DNA from: an uncultured delta proteobacterium
GTDB lineage: Bacteria; Myxococcota; Kuafuiibacteriia; Kuafuiibacteriales; Kuafuiibacteriaceae
NCBI GenBank assembly: GCA_963803435.1
Contig: CAWDML010000002.1
Coordinates: 128,001-192,000 of the forward strand
DNA length: 64,000 nt
Direction of reading: 5' to 3'
A program made the translations under genes and the position numbers. The notes under the pieces are model-generated. The model ran no database searches, was not told the origin of the DNA, and saw nothing but the letters and a program-made list of their open reading frames with translations. This document shows positions 41,511 through 51,598 of the stretch, in pieces; positions within the stretch are counted from its first letter, which is position 1, and the number at the start of each line of letters is the position of its first letter.

Positions 41511-43872
41511 TCAGGTGAGGCGCGCGCGGAGCGCCTCACGGGAGGCATCGAGATCGGCCGGATCCTTGATCGGGAAAAAGCGCCCCGAGGGTCCGTCTCG
41601 CGGGACGCGGAGCGGCTGGAACGAGAACAGCGGGCGTCCGGTGTCGTCGCGAAGGCCCGTCGCTTCGCAGGTGATCGACTCGAGCTGCAGCACTGGGCGG
41701 TCCTCGACCTTCTTCTCCACGACCCACCGCTCGAGCGGGATGTCCCGATCGAGGGCGGCGGCGGAGAAGAGGAAGTTGTTGGTGGAGAAGTCGGGATAGG
41801 TCTCGACCGGGAGCTCCGGGAGGCGGAAGCCTTCGACGAGGCGGACCATGCCGTCGGTCTCCACCACCGAGGCGCCCTGATCCCACTTGCCGGTGGCGGT
41901 CCGGCGGCGCTCGACCAGCTCGGCGGTCACGTCGGCGTTCGCCTCGAGGTGGTGACCGATGATCAGCGGGTCGATGGTCGCGCCCAGGTTGTCCACATTG
42001 GAGAAGAGGATGACCTCGACGCCGCGATCCTTCAGCTCGGCGAGGACGCCGGAGTCGCGGATCGAGCCGAAGAAGTCGCCGTGGCCGGGGGCGTGGTAGC
42101 TGGGCCGGCCGTCCTGGCCCTGGAAGATGGAGCCGTCCGGGTTCATGCGGACGGAGATCGACTGCTCGAACGTGAGGATTCTGATCCGGGTCGAGCCCGA
42201 AGCCGCCGCCCGCCTCGACGTGCGCCTGGGTGGCGTCGCGGGTGGCGAAGCTGTTCATCAGCACGAGCGGGATCTTGGCTCCGTAGCGGTCCGAGGCGTT
42301 CTTCACGTCGCGCGCCTTGAGCGCCAGGAAGCTCTCGCCGTCGAACACGTCGACCGTGCCCTTCACGACGCCGCCGAAGCGCGTGGCCATGCCTCCGTTG
42401 AGCACCACCACCGCGACCTTGCCGCTGCGGAGCGCGTCCTCCCCGCGCCGTCGCAGGGCGTCCGCACGGGCGCCGGTGGCGAGCGTGGGCATGTCGGGGA
42501 CCGGGTGGAGCTCGGTCGTGAGCTTGCTCGAGTCCTTGGTCAGGTTGCCGGAGGCGATCCGCGCCTGGTCGGCGCGGAAGCGTTCGGCGTCGAATCGATT
42601 GCGCGCGAGGAAGGCCGCGTCGAGGCGCGGATCGGCCACCGGATCGGTGCGGGCGTCGAGCTGCCACGCCTTGACCGCCTCCGGCGGATCGAGATCGGAG
42701 AGTCCGTCGTCGAGGGCGCAGACCTGGAGGTCGGGATCGAGCCCGGTCGCCTCGCGATACTCGGCGGCCACGTCGCGAATGAAGTCGTCGACCTGATCCT
42801 CCTTCACCAGCGTCAAGGTGCAGCCACCGAAGCCGGCGCCGGTCATGCGGGAGCCGACGGCGCCCGGGTGCGCGCGCGAGATCCGGACCATCTCGTCCAG
42901 CTCGAGGCAGGTGACCTCCAGGAGGTCGCGCAGGGAGCGGTGCGAGGCGTCGAGCAAGGCGCCGAAGGTCTCGACGCCGTGCTTTCGATCGCGCTTGAGC
43001 GTCTCGACGGCGCTCAGCACGCGCTGGTTCTCCTCGATGACGTGACGCGCGCGCTTGCCGAGGGTCTCGGGCAGGCGGGCCTGGAGCCGCTCGAAGGTCT
43101 CCGGATCGACGTCGCGGAGCTTCTCGAACTCGTGCCCCGCCAGCTCGGAGAGCAGGGCGCGGGCCTCCTCGAACTCCTCGCAGCGCCGGTTGAACTGGGA
43201 GTCGACCAGGCTCCGCTTCTTCTTGGTGTCGGCGATGACCAATCGGTAGCCGCGGAGATCGAGGCGGATCGGCTTGTGCTCGACCGCTCGGCAGTCGAGC
43301 AAGAGCCCGCAACCCTTCTTGCCCATCCCGCTGGCGTATTGATCCATGATGCCGCACTTCACGCCGACGAAGTCGTGCTCGGCCTGATGGGCGATGCGCA
43401 CCAGCGCCTCGTTGCCGAGCTCGACGCCGGCGGCGCGCGCCATCGCCTTCGCCACCAGCAGCTCCAGCGCCGCGGAGGAGGAGAGGCCGCTTCCGATCGG
43501 GACGTCGCTCTCGATGACGCCCTGCAGGCCGGAGAGCTTCACGCCGCTCGCGTGGAGCGCCTGGGCCACCGCCTTCACGTAGCGGCCCCAGCCCGGCTCC
43601 TCGTTCTTGTCGAGCTCAGAGAGCGAGAAGCGGATCGGCTCCTCCTGATCGAGGGAGCGGAGGACCACCAGATCGTCGTCGCGCTTCTGGAACGCGCCCA
43701 CGAACGCGCGGTCGATCGCGGCCGGGAAGACGAAGCACTCGTTCATGTCGAGGTACTCGCCGATCAGGTTCACGCGTCCGGGAGCGCGGATGTGGAAGGC
43801 GGGCGCGTCGCTCCCGAGCTCTTCTTTGAGCACGCGTTCGGCCTCGGCAGCGCGGAGCTGCTGCGGGCTCAT
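41511..43872 (-). CDS. Galactokinase fused to UDPGP-family nucleotidyltransferase; +1 frameshift at ~42179
   Basis: APGRVNLIGEY.D, PIGSGLSSSAA, CGIMDQ, GSRMTGAGFGG, continuing in frame to LNGGMATRFGGVVKG, LMNSFAT; then APGHGD, SNVDNLGA in the next frame. Confidence 0.9.
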
Positions 43873-44046
43873 CGCCGCCGACGTCGCGCCGGCGCCGGTC
43901 GCTCGGACCGGTCCCATCGGCACGTCCAACGACGGCGTCGCGCGCGGCGGATCCTCGGATCCTCCGCGGGTGCAAAGCGTTGAAAAGAGCGGGATTCCGG
44001 GGAGGTGAACCACGGGCGAGTTATCGGTCGAGGGGCCTCGATGATG

Positions 44047-45363
44047 CTACCAAACGAGGACCGAGACCGAGGTCGGACCGGTGGCGTTGTCGCGCGCGTC
44101 GCCGAGCAAAACCACGGCCTTATCCAGCACGGCGATGTGCTTCACGATGGGGCTGTTGACCGAGAGGACTCCGCAGAAACCGTGGCCGGGCTGCCACTCG
44201 GTCGTCTGTCCGGTCCCGCCCGAGATCAGGATCCCGGCGTGGAACGGCGCGAGCGCGCTGGCCGGAAGGTCGATCGGTGAGTCGGGGATCTCGATCCAGC
44301 GATCGCCTTCGTCCCGGAGCAGCGCGCCGCCCAGTGTACCGGCGAACGTCCCGAGTCCCGGGGCGTGTGCGACCGCGGTCAACGGATCGATCGCGTCCGT
44401 GGGCTCGGCGTGCACCTGGCCGCCGACGGCGCGGACGACGGGCGCGCTGAGACCCACCGCGACCGCTTCGTTGGGCGCGATCCACGCGAGCCCGCGCTTC
44501 CAGTCGTCCCCGCCCAGAGCCGGCGCCAGCGTGTGCCAGCGATCTCCGTCGAAGCGCTCGAGCGCGCCGGAGCTGGTGACCGCGAAGAGCTCGTCCACGC
44601 CGCCGCTCTTCGGACCGTCGAGCCAGCGAAAGCTCCCGCGTGTGGCGCCGCGGGCGATCTCCGTGAGCGCCAGCTCGGGCTCGAAGCGACCGCGGAAGGT
44701 CCGCCCTCCGGCGCCGGCCACGAACAGCTCACCACTCGGCGCGAGATAGCCCGACTCGAGCGCGATCGGCACGGCCCGTCCGAGCGGGGTCGTGCCCTCG
44801 ATGGTGACCAGATAGAGTCGCGCGTCGCGCGTGCCGATCAGCGCGCGCTCACCGTCGATCCGGAGCGCGAAGGCGCCGTCGGCGCGAGACTCCAGCGGGA
44901 ACGTTCGCTCATCTCCGAGCGGCGTGCACGGATCGGCTGGAGGGTCCCGTTCGACGCGGACCTCGAGCAGGCGGTCCGAGAGCTCCTCGCGATCGACCCA
45001 CTCGCCGATCTCTCCCCCGAGGAAGTCGGCGCTGGCGATCGAGTCGGGTGGATCGAGCGCGCGGCCCTCGCCGAGCACGGGCACCGGGCCTTCGGTGAGG
45101 CCGTGCTCGCCGAGCGCTCCCGCGTAGAAGAGGGCCCAGATGCGGGAGCGGCCGAGACGGTCGAGGTCGATCGCGACCGGCGGTACGCGCCCGCCCTCGA
45201 TGCGCCGCGCCTCGAGCTGCAGGGCGTCCGCGCTCTCGATCGCAAACACCACGGAGCCCGATCCTCCGACCGGAGGGGGTGAGGTGAAGAAGACGTCTTC
45301 GCTCTGTCGACACGCGAGGAGTGCGGAGAGCAGGGCGACCCGCACCAGCGCGCTCCGGTTCAT
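44047..45363 (-). CDS. Lipoprotein with beta-propeller-like C-terminal region
   Basis: MNRSALVRVALLSALLA-C; ATGA overlap with the corrected upstream stop. Confidence 0.75.
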   Translation of the reverse strand: MNRSALVRVALLSALLACRQSEDVFFTSPPPVGGSGSVVFAIESADALQLEARRIEGGRVPPVAIDLDRLGRSRIWALFYAGALGEHGLTEGPVPVLGEGRALDPPDSIASADFLGGEIGEWVDREELSDRLLEVRVERDPPADPCTPLGDERTFPLESRADGAFALRIDGERALIGTRDARLYLVTIEGTTPLGRAVPIALESGYLAPSGELFVAGAGGRTFRGRFEPELALTEIARGATRGSFRWLDGPKSGGVDELFAVTSSGALERFDGDRWHTLAPALGGDDWKRGLAWIAPNEAVAVGLSAPVVRAVGGQVHAEPTDAIDPLTAVAHAPGLGTFAGTLGGALLRDEGDRWIEIPDSPIDLPASALAPFHAGILISGGTGQTTEWQPGHGFCGVLSVNSPIVKHIAVLDKAVVLLGDARDNATGPTSVSVLVW

Positions 45364-46551
45364 CCAGGCCGCTCCTCGTCCAGCGCCTGGCCGAGGTCCG
45401 CGATCGAGATCGTCGGGATCCTCGAGGCCGACCGCCAGGCGGATGAAGCCCTCCGAGATGTGGGCCTCGCGGAGCTCGGGTGCCGAGAGCTGGCGGTGGG
45501 TGGTGGTGGAGGGCTGGATGATCAGCGAGTGGACGTCGCCGAGCGAGGCCGCGCGTTTGATCAGCCGCAAGCGATCCACGAAGCGCGCTCCAGTCTGGCG
45601 ATCCGGGAGCTCGAACGCCAGCACACCCCCGAAGCGCTCGCCGAGCTGACGGCGCGCCACCGCGTGGTTCGGATGAGAGGGGAGCCCGGGGTAGTCGACC
45701 CTCCGCACCCGGGGGTGCGCCTCCAGCCAGCGTGCGATCTGCAAGGCCGAGCTGGAGTGACGGTCCATGCGGATCGAAAGTGTACTGAGCCCGCGCAGGA
45801 TCAACCAAGCCACGAACGGGGCCATGATCCCGCCGGTCTCGATGGCGGTCCGCCGGAGCGCGTCGATCGTGGGCTTGGGGCCGGCCAGCATCCCTGCCAC
45901 CAGATCGCCGTGACCGCCCAGGAACTTGGAGGCGCTGTGCATCACCAGGTCGGCGCCGAGCTCGAGGGGGCGGCACAGATAGGGCGTGGCGAAGGTCGAG
46001 TCGACGAGGAGCTTGGCGCCTCCGCCGTGCGCGATCTCGGCGATGGCCGCCAGGTCGGGGACGAAGAGGGTGGGATTGCCGATCGTCTCCGCGTAGACGA
46101 TCTTGGTGTTCGGCCGCAGGGCGCGGCGCCACGCCGAGAGATCGTGGTGATCGACGAAGGTCGTCTCGACGCCGAACCGCGGGAGGATGTGGCGCAGGAC
46201 CTGGAAGCTGCCCCCGTAGAGCGCAGCGGGCGCGACCACGTGATCGCCCTGCGAGAGGAGATGGATGAGCGCGCAGTGGATCGCGGCCATGCCCGAGGCG
46301 AACGCCAGGCCGGCGCCGGTGCCCTCCAGGTCCGCCAGCAGGTTCTCGAGCGCAGCGACTGTGGGGTTGCTCAGGCGCGAGTAGCTGTAGCTGTCGTCCG
46401 GGCTGTTGATCGCGGGGCCGATCTCCTCCGCCCGTTCGAACGAGAAGGAGGCGGTGTGATAGATCGGTATTGCGAGCGGCGTGCTCGGGACACCCTGATG
46501 TTTCGGAAGATGAGCGTTGACGGCGCGAGTCGCGAATCCGTGCTTCGTCAT
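45360..46551 (-). CDS. Trans-sulfuration PLP enzyme (cystathionine gamma-synthase/lyase or methionine gamma-lyase family); +1 frameshift at ~45406
   Basis: YSRLSNPT, FASGMAA, DSTFATP, HSASKFLGGHGD, SLGD, IRLAVGLED..DL-IADL after correction. Confidence 0.93.
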
Positions 46552-47446
46552 GGCGCCTAGAGTTTCACGATTTCCGGTCGTTTGGCAGGCCGGTCCTCCG
46601 ATGCTCGGGCCACCGCCCGGCGCCGTCGCGATCAAGGATCCGACGGCGGTTCATCACGACGGGGCGTGGCACCTCTTCACGACCGTGCGTCCGCCGCATC
46701 GCATCGAGTACCTACGCTGCGACGCGCTTCCGCCGTCGCGCGTCGAGCGTACGATCCTGAACCTCGGGGTGGAGATGGCGGCGGCTCCGCAGGTGTTCCG
46801 GAGCCGGGCGAACGGTCTCTTCTTCCTCGTCTTCCAGGCGCACGGACCGTTCGACTATGGGCCCGCCTTCTCGACGAACGAATCGCTCGATCCGGCCGGA
46901 TGGACCAAGGCAGCGCCGATCGCCCTGGAGCGGCCGGCGAAGCGCTGGCTCGACTTCTGGGCGATCGGAGACGGCGATCGGATGCACCTGTTCCACAGCT
47001 CCCTCGACGGCCGGCTCTGGCGCGCCGAGACCACGACCGAGGCGTTCCCGCGCGGCTTCGGAGCCTCGACGCTGGCGATCAGCGGCGACCTCTTCGAGGC
47101 TGCCCACGTCCACGCGGTCGGCCCGGGGCGATTCGTCTGCATCGCGGAGGCCCAGCGGTTCGGGCTCAGGCATCAACGTTGGTTCACCGCGCGCGCGCTC
47201 GACGGCGAGTGGACCGCGCGCGGGCGCTTCGCGTCGCGCGGGAACGTGCGCTGCCCGTGGGCGGACGCCATCAGCCACGGCGAGCTGCTGCGCTCGGACC
47301 TCGACGAGCGGATGGCGGTCAATCCCGCCTTGCCCCGGTTCCTCTTTCAGGGCGTCCGCGCGGTCGAGATGCTCCGGCCGTACGGAACGATCCCCTGGCG
47401 GATCGGGCTCCTCGAAGCTTCGGGCTCGCTGCCGTTCGACCCGTGA
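46550..47446 (+). CDS. GH62-like alpha-L-arabinofuranosidase (start uncertain)
   Basis: IKDPT, AAPQVF, WLDFWAI, LFEA, SHGELLR, YGTIPWRIGLL. Confidence 0.8.
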   Translation: MAPRVSRFPVVWQAGPPMLGPPPGAVAIKDPTAVHHDGAWHLFTTVRPPHRIEYLRCDALPPSRVERTILNLGVEMAAAPQVFRSRANGLFFLVFQAHGPFDYGPAFSTNESLDPAGWTKAAPIALERPAKRWLDFWAIGDGDRMHLFHSSLDGRLWRAETTTEAFPRGFGASTLAISGDLFEAAHVHAVGPGRFVCIAEAQRFGLRHQRWFTARALDGEWTARGRFASRGNVRCPWADAISHGELLRSDLDERMAVNPALPRFLFQGVRAVEMLRPYGTIPWRIGLLEASGSLPFDP

Positions 47447-47504
47447 CGGTGCGCGCCCTGACCGCTTGCCCGCTCGCGTGCCGGGTCGGTAGCCTGCGCG
47501 ACCC

Positions 47505-49262
47505 GTGAGCCTCGATGAGGATCGACCCGTCGACGTCGGCCGGCGATTGTTCGCCGGGCTCATCGATCTCGTCCTCCTGGGGCTCGCCGGCTCGCTCTGC
47601 TCGCTGGGGCCGCTCGCGTACGGCGGCGCCGCGCTCCCGATGATCGGCTCGCTCGTCGCGATCACCGCTTACGCCATTCTTCCGGCCGCCGCTTTTGGCG
47701 CCACACCCGGGATGGCGATCGCGGGGACACGGATCGTCTCGGTGAAGGGCGGGGTCCCGGACGCCACCGAGATCGCGTTTCGAGAGCTGGTCGGCCGAGG
47801 TCTCATCGGCGCGGCCTACTTCGCGACCGCCGCCATCGGGCTGGCCGGGTACCTCTCCGGCTACCTCCGCTTCTTCGTCCCGCGGGGCCTCGGTTTGTTC
47901 CTGTTCGCCGTGTCCGCGCTGCTGCTCGCGTTCTCGGCGGCCAGCCACCTGGCGATCGTGCTTCGCCGCGACGGTCGAGCGCTCCACGACCTGTGGACCC
48001 GCACCCGCATCGTCCGCCGCTCCGAGGTGCGGGATCGCGAGGTTGTCGAGGACGAAGTGATGGCCACGCTCGAGTCGGGCCGGCGCCGGCGGCGGCTCCG
48101 CGGCTTCGTGGTGGCCGAGCTGATGCTGATGGTCCTGACGTTCGGGCTGCCGGTGCTGGTGTCGACGACACCGGACGGTCCGGCGGATCTCGAGGATCGG
48201 GTGGCGTTGAAGAAGGCCGTGAAGCGGTTCGAGCAGGACAAGACCGACCTGGACGCGGCTGCCGAGCTGGCGTCGCTGTACCAGCGAAGCGGGCGCTTCG
48301 AGCTGGCCGCGACCGTCGAGTCCGAGCACGAGGCGGCGATGAAGGCGGCCGGGCTCGAGCCGTCGGATCTCGACTATCAGGTGAAGAAATATCGCGCGCT
48401 CCTCAAAGGAACACCCTGCGCGCTGGGGTCGGCCGTGGCGCTCGGCGAGCGGCTGAACCAGCTCGGCGCCCACGACTCAGCGCTCGAGACGGTGTCCCAC
48501 TTCGAGGGACAGTGCGGCGTCCGGCCGCGCCTCTGGTGGATCACGCTGGAGGCTCACCGAGGAAAGGGCGAGCTCGACGCCGCTGTCGCGGACTCGACCC
48601 GCCTGATCGAGGACCGCCCCGAGGACTCGGACTTCTGGTGGTGGCGCGGCGAAGACCTCGACAAGAAGGGCGATCGCGTCGGCGCCGAGTCCGACTACCG
48701 CCAGTCGATGGCGGTCTACGCAGATCGGTTCGCCGCGAGTCGCTTTGCGGACCTGATGATGCAGGAGGGCGATCGGTGCGAGGGCGTCTACGCGCTCCAG
48801 CATCTGCTCGAGGAGAACGCGGAGGCGGCCGGATCGTGGGCGGAGGCCCAGCTGGCGGAGCTCCACGCCGGCGTCGAGTGCCCGCCGGAGGCGTCGCGGG
48901 GCTCGGTGAGCTTGAACGTCGCCAGCGACGGATCCGTGCGCACGGAGGCGGTCGTCGACAAGCGCAAGGGCCGGTTCCTGGTCCACGCCACCGGCTATGT
49001 CACGGTCACGCGGGCGTTCGCCGAGAAGGCGGGCCTGGTCGCCAGTGCAACCAGCGTCGGTGTGCGCGTCGCGGATCATGTCGTCCCGGCCCAGCTCGCG
49101 GTCGCCGGCGAGATCGCGGTGGGCAAGAGCCGCGCGTCGCACGTCGCCGTCGCGATCGTCGACGCGCTCCCCGACGGCGCCGACGGCCTCCTCGGGCTCA
49201 GCTACCTGTGGCGCTTCCAGATCGAGCGGACCGCTCACACGCTCGAGCTGCGCGCTCGGTAG
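47505..49262 (+). CDS. RDD + TPR + retropepsin-like aspartic protease-fold fusion
   Basis: RRLFAGLID..TPG..ALHDLWTRTRIV (RDD); TPR helices; DGLLGLSYLWRF; the catalytic DTG is absent. Confidence 0.8.
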   Translation: MSLDEDRPVDVGRRLFAGLIDLVLLGLAGSLCSLGPLAYGGAALPMIGSLVAITAYAILPAAAFGATPGMAIAGTRIVSVKGGVPDATEIAFRELVGRGLIGAAYFATAAIGLAGYLSGYLRFFVPRGLGLFLFAVSALLLAFSAASHLAIVLRRDGRALHDLWTRTRIVRRSEVRDREVVEDEVMATLESGRRRRRLRGFVVAELMLMVLTFGLPVLVSTTPDGPADLEDRVALKKAVKRFEQDKTDLDAAAELASLYQRSGRFELAATVESEHEAAMKAAGLEPSDLDYQVKKYRALLKGTPCALGSAVALGERLNQLGAHDSALETVSHFEGQCGVRPRLWWITLEAHRGKGELDAAVADSTRLIEDRPEDSDFWWWRGEDLDKKGDRVGAESDYRQSMAVYADRFAASRFADLMMQEGDRCEGVYALQHLLEENAEAAGSWAEAQLAELHAGVECPPEASRGSVSLNVASDGSVRTEAVVDKRKGRFLVHATGYVTVTRAFAEKAGLVASATSVGVRVADHVVPAQLAVAGEIAVGKSRASHVAVAIVDALPDGADGLLGLSYLWRFQIERTAHTLELRAR

Positions 49263-49335
49263 CGTTGCTTTTGACGGGTACTACGGCTTCCACGGGCAGG
49301 CCCGGCTTGTCCGCGCACGGGGCACGGGCCCGGAG

Positions 49336-50207
49336 CTATAGCGAGCGGAGATACTGGACCAGATCCGCCCTCTCGTCCGCGGTGAGGCCGAGGGCGAAGT
49401 GGTCGTCGTAGTGCTCGACCACCGCTTCCAGCGTGGCGAAACGGCCGTCGTGATAGAAGCCGCCGGTGGAGCGCGGCCAGCTTGCCGGTGATCCGGTCGT
49501 CGGGCGCGGTCACGTCCGCCAGCGGAGCGCCGAGCGGGAAGCGCCCCGCGTCGAGGAGACGCGCGTCGTAGAAGCGCCCCATGCCGTGCATCTCGTGGAG
49601 GCCGACGAAGGCGTTCCAGTACGGGACCGAGCCCCAGCCCACGTAGGTCGCCAGGTTCACGCCCGCGAGACCGAAGGCCGCCGGGATCAACACCGCCGCC
49701 GTGGCGCCGTCGGGACGGAACGCCTGACCGTCCAGGATCAAGTGCGCGTCGAATCGCCCCGGACCCCACGACTGGAGCACCAGGCGAACGGTCGCTTCGT
49801 CGACGCCGAGCGCCGCCGCGATGGGCGCGACCGTCGGCGCGGCGTTGACGATCTGGCCCACGTCGAGGTCGCGGTTCGGCCAGCCGTCGAGGCGCCTGCC
49901 GATGCCGGGCGCGAAGCTGTCGTCCACCGTCGAGTGGCACAGCGCGCACTGGATCCCGATGCTCTCGAGCGTCCCATCGTCGGCGAAGAAGCCGGTCACG
50001 CCGACCACCGCGTTCAGCTGGAGCAGCGCCAGGGTGTTGGCCGGATCGTCGAGATCCGCGCGTCCGCGCGAGAGGTCGCGCTTCAAGCGGATCGGGAGCG
50101 CACCAGCGTCGACCTTGAGACCGAGCCCGAGCGCTGCCGCCGGCGGGACGGTGGCGATGCCTTCGTGCAAGCGGAGTTGACCGCCCCAGAACGCTTCGTC
50201 GCCGAAC
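49336..50207 (-). pseudogene. Cytochrome c family gene remnant (5'-truncated, internal deletion)
   Basis: FGDEAFWGG..GLKVD..CALCHSTVD..GRRLDGWPNRDLDVG; jumps frame from KLAALH to GGFYHDGRFATL..DLVQYLRSL*; no start codon or signal peptide. Confidence 0.75.
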
Positions 50208-50279
50208 CTCGGCTACCTGTCGGACTCGGTCCTGGAGCCGATCACCAGCAGGATCGACGAGATCAGCCGGATGCTCTAG
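50208..50279 (+). pseudogene. C-terminal fragment of a four-helix-bundle gene
   Basis: Translates LGYLSDSVLEPITSRIDEISRML*, resembling the family's LGY(L/I)...EI.RML C-terminus. Confidence 0.55.
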
Positions 50280-51577
50280 TCGCCCGGGCCGGCGCTCGGC
50301 TGGCTGGCGCTGGACAGGCCGGTGGCGACCTCCGGGATGACGCCGCGCTTCACGTATACGGGGTGCGCGTGGCGCCGGAGCGAGGGGAGGGCGCGGGTGA
50401 AGGCGAGCGCCGCCAGGACGCAGAGCGCGCCGCCGATCATCAGCGTCTCGGGCGCGCCGATGCGGTCGGCGACCGCGCCGGAGAGCAGGCTGCCGAGGGG
50501 CTGGGTCCCGAAGAAGGCCATGGTGTAGTAGCTCATCACGCGGCCGCGCTTGTCCTCGTCGGAGAGCGTCTGGAGCACGGTGTTGCTGGCGGCCATCTGC
50601 ACCATCATCCCGAAGCCGGTCAGCGCCATCAGCGCGAGGGAGAGCGCGAGCCAGCGGGAGAGGCCGAGGCCGATCAGTCCGGCGCCGAACGCGAGCGCCG
50701 AGACCGCGATCCAACGGCCCAGCCCGAGCACGGTGTTCCGGGACGCGAGATAGAGCGCACCCGCGAGCGCGCCCACGCCGGAGGCGGCCGTCAGAATGCC
50801 GAGCATGCCGGCGCCGCCGTGGAAGACCTGATCGGTGATGACCGGGAGGAGCAGGAGGTAGGGGACGCCGGTGAGGCTCACCAGCGCGATCAGCAGGAGG
50901 ATGGCGAGGATCGGCGGGAAGCCGGCGACGTAGCGGGCGCCCTGTCGCAGCTCCTGCAGGAGGTTCTGACCCGTGCGGGCGATCGGGCGCGCCGCGATCC
51001 GCATCGCGAGCAGCGACGCGACCACCGCGATGTAGCTGGCGGCGTCGATGGCGAAGCACCAGCCCTCTCCCACGGCGGCGATCAGCACGCCGGCCAGCGA
51101 GGGCCCGATCAGGCGCGCCGCGTTTACCATCGAGGAGTTGAGCGCGATCGCGTTCGGGAGGTCGTCGCGCGACTCGAGCATCTCCACCACGAACGCCTGG
51201 CGCGCCGGGACGTCGAAGGCGTTGATCAACGCCTGGAACACGCTCAGCAGCAGCACGTGGGTGACGGTGATCGTCCCCGACAGCGCGTAGTATGCGAGCA
51301 GCCCCGACTGCACCATCGCCAGCACCTGCGTCGCGACCAGGAGGCGATGGAGGTTCCATCGATCGGTCAGCACGCCCGCGACCGGCGAGAGCAGGAACGT
51401 GGGGAGCTGGCCTGCGAAGCCCACGATCCCGAGCATCCAGGCGGATCCGGTCAGCCGGTAGACCAGCCAGCTGGTGGCGACCTTGGTCAGCCAGGTGCCG
51501 ATGAGCGAGATCGTCTGGCCCGCGAAGAAGAGCCGATAGTTGCGGTGCCGGAGCGCGCGGCCGATCTCCGCCAGCAC
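50276..51577 (-). CDS. MFS transporter
   Basis: ALRHRNYRLFFAGQTISLIGTW; GVLTDRW; KRGRVMS; about 12 TM helices. Confidence 0.95.
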   Translation of the reverse strand: MLAEIGRALRHRNYRLFFAGQTISLIGTWLTKVATSWLVYRLTGSAWMLGIVGFAGQLPTFLLSPVAGVLTDRWNLHRLLVATQVLAMVQSGLLAYYALSGTITVTHVLLLSVFQALINAFDVPARQAFVVEMLESRDDLPNAIALNSSMVNAARLIGPSLAGVLIAAVGEGWCFAIDAASYIAVVASLLAMRIAARPIARTGQNLLQELRQGARYVAGFPPILAILLLIALVSLTGVPYLLLLPVITDQVFHGGAGMLGILTAASGVGALAGALYLASRNTVLGLGRWIAVSALAFGAGLIGLGLSRWLALSLALMALTGFGMMVQMAASNTVLQTLSDEDKRGRVMSYYTMAFFGTQPLGSLLSGAVADRIGAPETLMIGGALCVLAALAFTRALPSLRRHAHPVYVKRGVIPEVATGLSSASQPSAGPGD

Positions 51578-51598
51578 CCGATCAGCATACCGCCATCG

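Noticed and set aside
44047-46635. 862-aa ORF suggesting a lyase-lipoprotein fusion
   Set aside because: One extra base at ~45406 creates it. Correction gives a normal DLIADL..AL C-terminus and an ATGA overlap with a separate lipoprotein gene.
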